DNA of 48,847 bases, from the sequence record DRR378314_2181; one strand, written 5' to 3'. The notes beneath the pieces were generated by a model that did not search any database, was not told the DNA's origin, and was given only the letters and a program-made list of their open reading frames with translations. The position numbers and the translations under genes are program-made. Of the stretch, positions 48,211 to 48,847 are shown piece by piece (position 1 is the first letter of the stretch; every line of letters begins with the position of its first letter).

Positions 48211-48498
48211 GGGCCTTCCGAGACGGGCGCTAAAAATGACGTCCGAGGGGGCTTTCCCTGGGCGTTAAAAGATTATCAGAAACCGGTCAGTCCCACACGA
48301 ACGCTTCCCGGCAATCACGTAATCTCACGATACCAAACCTCACAGGCTTCGAAACTGGACAGTCTATTTTTTCAGCAAGGCGCCCACGGTTCAAGTCCGG
48401 GCGTCCACATCAGGACATCAATTGTTCGAACGGCACGGCAAAGGAATTGCGCATGCCCCTAGCATCGCTATGGCTGAATGAAATCATACCCCTATGCA
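48211..48498. other. Unannotated structured, repeat-containing locus: candidate ncRNA or UGA-recoded small ORF
   Basis: Three direct-repeat pairs, three hairpins, a T-loop motif, and a minus-strand frame interrupted only by two TGA codons. Confidence 0.5.
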
Positions 48499-48709
48499 AA
48501 AACCTGTTGATAATATTCAGACTTTTGAATTCCTTAGATTCCATCTCAACTTGTTAAGTATGCCACAATTCTGGTTTAAATGCAAGAAATCTAATATCAG
48601 AAAATCGCCTTATTTTGAAACCGGAAATTGACATAGTTCAAGTTTACCTAAAATTCATACCTTAGAGATAGGCTCATTTGAATTAGCGTATTTAGCTGGG
48701 AGTCAGATT

Positions 48710-48847
48710 ATGGCCAGCAGTATTTTGAGTAAAGAGAAACAGGCGATCGCACAGAACCTCATTGAAACCTGTGGGTTAGAACGCGCCTTTCACGCCGCCA
48801 AACAATATGGCTGGCATGACATCGCCAATTCCATCAACGAAAAACTA
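48710..48847 (+). CDS. Small hypothetical protein, truncated by the window end
   Basis: GGGAG then ATG at 48710; open to the end: MASSILSKEKQAIAQNLIETCGLERAFHAAKQYGWHDIANSINEKL. Absent from the ORF track. Confidence 0.7.
   Translation, partial: MASSILSKEKQAIAQNLIETCGLERAFHAAKQYGWHDIANSINEKL

Noticed and set aside
48279-48364. Mini-CRISPR from the 14-nt direct repeat
   Set aside because: Only two imperfect copies, too short, 58-nt spacer, and no cas genes in the window.
48393-48408. RNase P RNA (AAGTCCGGGC resembles GAAAGTCCGGGC)
   Set aside because: Lacks the preceding GAGGA and the other conserved regions, including the 3' AACCCGGCTTA-type segment.
48325-48412. Complete tRNA or tmRNA gene
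   Set aside because: Only the T-arm and acceptor-like 3' part are present; no D or anticodon arms and no ANDN-type tag reading frame seen.

Overview
Core-chromosome window from an alphaproteobacterium; gene order and moderate GC suggest a Sneathiella/Rhodospirillales-like organism (inference). It holds about 45 genes, mostly housekeeping: a YhdP/AsmA-like gene cut by the left edge and missed by the ORF track, glnE, an EF-hand protein, bcp, DUF455, an M23 peptidase-bactofilin pair, a PLP aminotransferase, ndk, an ABC-F ATPase, holC-pepA, lptFGD-surA-pdxA-rsmA, gmk, yicC, mltG-fabF-acpP-fabG-fabD, rpsF-rpsR-DUF2232-rplI-dnaB-alr-mlaEF-radA-cvpA-purF-SDR and der-bamB-yfgM. I saw no integrase, transposase, CRISPR array, rRNA or complete tRNA. 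Three unassigned genes interrupt the conserved synteny (24.6, 26.3 and 43.4 kb). The least explained stretch is the unannotated 48.2-48.55 kb region. It carries three pairs of direct repeats, several hairpins, a tRNA-3'-end-like motif on the + strand, and a - strand frame with two in-frame TGA codons, one of which lines up with a Cys in an internal repeat (DCPVS / D*PVS). This could be a UGA-recoded small protein or a structured ncRNA; the sequence alone cannot decide. Clear regulatory signals: paired perfect DnaA boxes before dnaB, a perfect CtrA-type box before acpP, an S6:S18-type leader, and a palindromic operator on the aminotransferase. All product calls come from recognising motifs and synteny by eye, not from database searches.
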